DNA of 63,973 nucleotides, the filler included, from Reclinomonas americana ATCC 50394 (lineage: Eukaryota): NCBI GenBank assembly GCA_048213135.1. It is 18 parts of 18 records of this genome, joined end to end, with 100 filler letters (N's around TTAATTAATTAA, not from the genome) between each part and the next. Parts side by side here need not be neighbours in the genome. Positions count along the whole stretch, not along the records: positions 56,423 to 59,320 come from AFZH01018891.1; positions 59,421 to 61,382 come from AFZH01018893.1; positions 61,483 to 62,688 come from AFZH01018894.1; positions 62,789 to 63,973 come from AFZH01018948.1; 14 more parts are not named here. One strand, written 5' to 3'. Below are positions 58,243 through 63,973 of this stretch, in pieces. A program made the position numbers and the translations under genes. Every line of letters starts with the position of its first letter. The stretch's first letter is position 1. The notes under the pieces are model-generated. The model searched no databases. It saw only the letters and a list, made by a program, of their open reading frames with translations, and was not told the origin of the DNA.

Positions 58243-58420
58243 TCCCTGGACGGCGACGCACAGATCACACCGCCGTGGGCACGCACGCTCTGGGTTGCAC
58301 TCAACAGAGAGTCGATGTCACAATGAACAAAAAGCGCGTGAATCATCAATCAATCGATCAAGAGATAAGAGCGTAGCGTAGAGACAAGACCAGCACGACG
58401 AGTGAAGTGAGCGTGAAGCC

Positions 58421-59320
58421 ATGTCTGGCAAGTGTCCCCATCGCCACAAGGAGACTCTCGAGTCGGGCGCAGTCGTGTGCACAGAATGCGGTCAGGTGCA
58501 GTCACACGCACGAACTCACTCGCTCTCTCTCTCTCTCCCGTCACCAACCCTATTGCGCTCGCTCTCTTTACCCCTTCCACCCCCTCCCCTTCCCGCCCCT
58601 GGCGCTCTCCTGTGCAGGTCATCGACGACAATGTGATTGTGTCAGAGATTCAGTTTGGAGAGACGTCGGGTGGCCAGTCGTTTGTGCAGGGCCAGTACGT
58701 GCACAAGTCAAGTGCGTGCAGCACTGATGAGTCCAGTATTGTGGCTATCTTTGTTTTACTCTCTTTGTTGCAGGCGAGCATGAGCTGAGTGAGAGTCGAC
58801 AGGTGACGCTGAACCGAGGTGAGCATGTGTGATTTGCTGTCACCTCCCTCTCGCCTGTCTCTCTCTCTCTCTCATTCCGCCCCACGCTCTCTCAGTCAAG
58901 GACGACATGCGACGGTGGGCCACTGCACTGCTGGCCTTCTCCGAGAGCCGTGTCGATCGTGCGGTGCGCTTCTTTCGCCTGGCCATGGAGAAGCGATTCC
59001 TGCAGGGTCGCAACAGCCAGACTGTGGCCGCTGTGTGTCTCTACATGTCGTGCCGTGTCGAGAATGTCAGCGGTACGTACGTAGTGTGTGTGACGCGAGA
59101 TGCTGTCAGGTCATTCACTCAACTCACCCACGCCTCTGCCGCCAGTCGTGCTGTTGGATTTCGCAGAGTGCACATCGGTGAGTGGCGCGACACAACGCGC
59201 GCGCTTGTGTTCTTTCGTTGCTAAGATGGTAGCGGCGCAGACTAACCTGTACGTACTCGGTTCAACGTACGTCAAGCTTCGTGAGTTGCTCATGCACGAT
59301 CACCACCTGAACCTGCCGCC
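58421..59320 (+). CDS. BRF1: TFIIIB subunit BRF1 (TFIIB-related), 5' part
   Basis: Zn ribbon CPH...VVCTECGQVIDDNVIVSEIQFGE, ESRQVTL, FFRLAMEKRFLQGR...VAAVCLYMSCR, VLLDFA and NLYVLGSTY. Confidence 0.93.
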
Positions 59321-59420
59321 NNNNNNNNNNNNNNNNNNNNNNNNNNNNNNNNNNNNNNNNNNNNTTAATTAATTAANNNNNNNNNNNNNNNNNNNNNNNN
59401 NNNNNNNNNNNNNNNNNNNN

Positions 59421-62400
59421 TGTACGGATTGCCCCACCATCGCAACATTCGTGACAGGTGCGCGCCATTACACGTGTGGCAGCGGCGGCGGTGGCAATTA
59501 CCTGACGTCTTCCGAGTCGCAGATTGTTTGGCACGGGCAAGTTGACGCTGGAGGCGTTGAATTTCGAGCCGATTGACTACTATGGCCGCATTCTGCTCGG
59601 TATGGATCACTCGGATCCAGTGGATGAGGACGAGGATGAAGAGGTTCCACCGTGCATTGTCAAGCACATCAACTCGTGCCAGGAGCCCGACATGAAGTCG
59701 TACTTTTTGTGGGTGGACATTATCCGTGGCCGCAGCTTTCCGACCACATTCGACAGTGTCGGTGTGGAGGTGACGTGGGGTGCCGATCGGAAGCATTCCA
59801 TGTTCCGCACACCACGAGTTGCGGCTGCTCGTGTCTGAGCGACGAGAGCGGCGGGGGATCCTGACTTGTCTGCTGCAGAACGGAATCGTCAATTTCAGTC
59901 AGGAGGAGTTTGACTTTTTGCGAGCGGAGCACCCTGCCGACTTGGAGGATGTGCCCGATGTGATTATCCATGTGTTCACGTCGCGCATTGGATTCGAGAG
60001 TCGTCTCGGATTCATTCGCTTCAAGGTATGGCGGTGTGTGATCGCCATTGAGTCTTTGTTGCACCAGCGCGGTGACACGTTCTGCATCGATGTGTTTTAG
60101 CCCAAGGACATCTTCTTTGAGAATCGAAACAAAAAGTTCCCGTTGCGGTGGGAGCCGATTGTGCCGGACAAGGCGTCGGCGGCCTATCGCAAGAACGAGC
60201 TGAGTGGCTATCTGTTCTGCCGTGCTATCATGGGTCACATGAGCGAGATGCCATTGCATCGACCAAGCACCCGCCAGTACATGCAGCAGCGATTGTACGA
60301 GTTCCGTGCTTTCATCTATCAGGTGAGTGGATGGTGCACGACAGCCAGTGATGCGCACAAATCAAGTCTCACGAAAAGGAATTCGTTTATCCAGGCGCGT
60401 GGTCTGCCAGCGCAGGATTCGAGTGGCACGAGGTGAGAGTCAACGAGAGAGTGTCATGCTGTGATAGTCCTTTTAAGTCCCGTTGCGCTCACCGCTGTCG
60501 CGCTTCTTCAGTGACCCGTATGTGCGCATCAAGTTCAGCTCTGCGCCACAAAAGAGAACGCGGACGATTCCGTGCTCCCTGTGTCCAACCTGGTGCGCAC
60601 GAGCTTCTGTAGTGCCATGTGTTTGTGTTGATAACTGATTGTGCGGTGTAGGTACGAGATTCTTGTCACCGATGTTCTGCTGCCGGTCGACCTGGATGCT
60701 GCGCCGGAGATTTGCGTCGAGGTATGGCAGTCGCAAGGTTCGGCGACCTCATTTTGATTCGCTGTTCACAAATGCGCCGCGCCACGCAGGTGTTTGACGA
60801 GGACACATTCGGACCGGACGATCTGTTGGGCCGGCTGCAGATCAGGCCTCGAGAGTTGCCAGCGCGCTTCAAAGGGCGACCCGATTGGTGCGTGTGGTTT
60901 GCGAGCGCGTTCGCTTAACTTCCATTTGGACTCATATTAGCGGACAACGCACAGGCGACAATTGTTGCTGGAGGGTGCGCCTCGTGGTGAACTACTGTGC
61001 TCGTTCCAGCTGCTGCCGGTTGAGCAGGCGCAGCGTAGCCTGCCACCACAGAGCATTCGGCCAACCATGTCGGTGCGTCTGCTTGTCCCTCTCTCACACT
61101 GACATCGCTGTTCGTCGCCTGACATATGAGTGTGTACTTGTGATGCAGAGGTGCCGTGTGGATCTTGATGTCGTCGGTGTGCGCGACATGGCTGCGTACC
61201 GGTCGACAGGCTCCATCACTCGCCGTACTGTATCGCGACCCACGATTGTTGTGGAGATGCAAGTGGATCCTGGCCCTCGCAACCAAGACCTAGGTCCCAC
61301 CAGCGATCCGCCACAGGACCCCATGCGTTTCAGCACTGATCCGCTGCCGAATCCGTTTGACTACAACGTGCTGCAGGTTCTANNNNNNNNNNNNNNNNNN
61401 NNNNNNNNNNNNNNNNNNNNNNNNNNTTAATTAATTAANNNNNNNNNNNNNNNNNNNNNNNNNNNNNNNNNNNNNNNNNNNNATAGTGCCGTACTCACAC
61501 CGCGTTCTCAGCGGGGAAGACACGGAACGCGGATTCTATCAAAAGATGCGTGCCAGTGTGGATGCCACATACGTACCAACAGAGCGCAACCGAGCAGTCG
61601 TCGGCAAGGTCAAGGTGAGTCGAAGGAAATCGGCGATGCGTGTTCGTGCAAGAGAAGCCGGTCAGCTGATGCGCCTGACACGCAGCTCGCGTTCCGTGTG
61701 ACTCGGCTGGAGGAGAGTGCCGGTCTTGCTGCGCTGGCTCTGGCTGCACGCGACCGCCGACCGCTGGCGCAGCGGTATCGGGCGAAGCGATATCGAGTGC
61801 GTATTCATGTGATTCGTGCGTGGCACCTCAAACCCTCGAAGCCCGACGGTGTGGCCGACCCCTACTTGGTGTTCCTCACGGGTGACGGCAAAGGCGATGG
61901 TAAGAGCAAGGGTGCTATCGCTGCTTTCCTGTGATGGATCGAGCTCAACCACCGAGATTTACAGGTCACAAGGTGGTGCTGCGCGAGCAACACATGCAGC
62001 GCACGCTGGATCCCGATTTCTACACCAGCTGCGAGCTGAAAGCCGTCATTCCTGGTTCGTGTATCGTGGGTGGATGGATGATCAATGCAGCTCGCCTCGC
62101 TGACTTACTACATCGGTGCAGGCGAGAATTTGCGCGTGCAAGTGTGGGATCACGAGTTCCCCTCGATTCAGTTCGATGACATGATTGGTGTCACCGACAT
62201 TGATCTGGAGAATAGGATTTTCAGGTGCGTACCCGTGAACTGATCAATGTCGTGCGTCAACTGCGCACTGATCTATGTGTGTCACAGCGAACGATGGGTC
62301 AACGAGCCGACCAAACCGATCGAGAGGAGGCCGCTGGTCAACGCCACGGCATTGCACGCACAGGTCTGCCTTCATCCAGCTTTAGTGGATGTCGTCCATG

Positions 62401-62688
62401 GACTGCAGCGAAGTCTCAAATAATCGTGAATGTGTGTGGCAGGGATCGATTGAGCTGGCGGTGGATATTCTATCGGAGGAAGAGGCGCGCCGGATACCCA
62501 TGCGACCGCTGCGGCGACCGCCGCCAAAGGAGTTCCATTTGCGCGTCATTGTGTGGGATGCACGCGAGGTGCCGCCAAAGGATGCAGTTGCGCGGATAAC
62601 TGGCGGTGCACATTTGTTGGGTTTTTCCGGTACACTCACTACGCGAGTCACAGCAATCGAGCGATGTGCTGGTGCAAGTACATGCGTT
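59421..62688 (+). CDS. Ferlin (multi-C2-domain membrane fusion protein), internal part; spans a gap
   Basis: YEFRAFIYQARGLPAQDSSGTSDPYV, VFDEDTFGPDDLLGRL, VRIHVIRAWHL...DGVADPYL, IGVTDIDLENR, KPIERRPL and QGSIELAVDI...PPPKEFHLRVIVW. Confidence 0.92.
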
Positions 62689-62788
62689 NNNNNNNNNNNN
62701 NNNNNNNNNNNNNNNNNNNNNNNNNNNNNNNNTTAATTAATTAANNNNNNNNNNNNNNNNNNNNNNNNNNNNNNNNNNNNNNNNNNNN

Positions 62789-63952
62789 TGTCTGGCCAGT
62801 GTTGGGATCAGTGGACGACAGTGTGCCGACAACGCCATTCATGGCGAGTGGTGGAGTGTACGTCGAGGTGGACAGAGTCGGCGGCGTTGGCACAACATTG
62901 GCTGCGATGCAGATAATAGAGTGTGCAAGTGAGCGAGTGCGAAAAGGAAAAGCAAAAGAACAAGCCACCACACGGACCTTCGCTGATCGTAAATGTGGAA
63001 CTCGCCGTACCACCTGCTCCATCGCTCACTTGCACAATCACTTGCAGGCTGTTGCCGGTGAGACCAGCAACATCCGACCGCAAGCTGATGCCGCTGATGT
63101 TGAACGATCCCATACTGGTGCCGCCCGTGATGGTGTACGTCAGGGTCTGGCCCGTGTTGGCGTCTGTCGAGGCGAGAGTGCCAATGATGCCATTTATGGC
63201 GAGTGGCGGGGTGTAAGTGCTGCTTGACAGAGTGGGCGCCGTCGGGTTCACATTGGCTACGCAAGAGACAAGAGCGATGGGTCAGTGAGGGCAAGAGAGA
63301 CGAGCGCAGTGCGAGCCAGTCCAACCTTCGTTGATGAGGAATGTCGCTGTGTTGGTGCCGCCTGCTCCATCGTCTACTTGCAAAATCACTTGCAGGTTGT
63401 TGCCCGTCAGCCCACCCACGCTGGAGCGCAAACTGGTGCCACTGATGTTGAAGGATGACTGATGCGTGCCGCCAACAATCGAGTATGTCAACGTCTGGCC
63501 AGTGTTCGGGTCCGACGATGCAAGAGTGCCAATGACGCCGTTGGTCGCCAGCGGTGGCGCGTACACACTGGACGACAACGTTGGAATTGACGGCACCACA
63601 TTGGCTGATTGGGAGGTAGATGCAGTGAGTACATCAGCCACACAACGATTGATGACTTCAGAGACAAACACACCTTCGTCGATGACAAATGTTGCAGTTG
63701 TCACACCACCAGCACCATCGCTGACTTGCACAATCACTTGCAGCGCATTACCCGTCAGGCCAGCGACATTCGACCGCAGACTCGAGCCGCTGATGTTGAA
63801 CGACGCTTGATCCGCACCGCCCACAACAGTGTACGACAGCACCTGACCAGAATTCACATCGGTCGACGACAGCATACCCACGACGCCATTCAGCGCCAAG
63901 GGCGGAATGTATGTGGATGTAGACAAGGTCGGCGCCGTGGGATTCACATTCG
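62789..63952 (-). CDS. Cadherin-like repeat protein, internal part, one 93-aa repeat per 279-nt exon
   Basis: Exons 63952-63674, 63604-63326, 63256-62978 and 62901-gap. Repeat consensus N..PT.PTLS...Y.PPLA.NG..G.L.STD.N.GQ.L.Y....G.....FNISG..L.......LQVIVQV.DGAGG.....F.I.E. Confidence 0.8.
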
Positions 63953-63973
63953 CTGCGCGACGCAACTCACAAG

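Overview
Gene-dense, intron-rich nuclear DNA from a flagellated, mitochondriate microbial eukaryote (B9D1, mS35 and a mitochondrial-type TatB are present; no plastid or prokaryotic signal seen). The window is 18 contigs joined by 17 artificial 100-nt linkers (N44-TTAATTAATTAA-N44), and several genes continue in order across the gaps. By manual splicing (mostly 50-100 nt GT-AG introns) I reconstructed about 23 genes or gene fragments: a rolling-stone-like membrane protein, an F-box/WD/KH protein, a BRWD/PHIP-like fragment, an ankyrin-module array fused to an RLK/Pelle/IRAK-type (pseudo)kinase plus a tandem paralog, a Myb protein, an H-type-lectin/EGF surface protein, a giant HECT E3, a CAR/GCR1-like GPCR, an ANK-TPR protein, TatB, a serine carboxypeptidase, mS35, MED25, B9D1, a divergent eRF1, a Vps39/TGFBRAP1-like protein, PSMA1, BRF1, a ferlin and a cadherin-like repeat protein. 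Most striking signals: (1) at least 20 introns use a one-nucleotide-shifted 5' splice site (GTTGCGT class), never with G at exon position -1; (2) a recombining, phase-compatible ankyrin-module array in front of a Pelle/IRAK-like pseudokinase; (3) a nuclear, intron-containing mitochondrial-type TatB; (4) a divergent eRF1. All gene models are manual and lack RNA evidence, and family assignments come from remembered motifs, not database searches.
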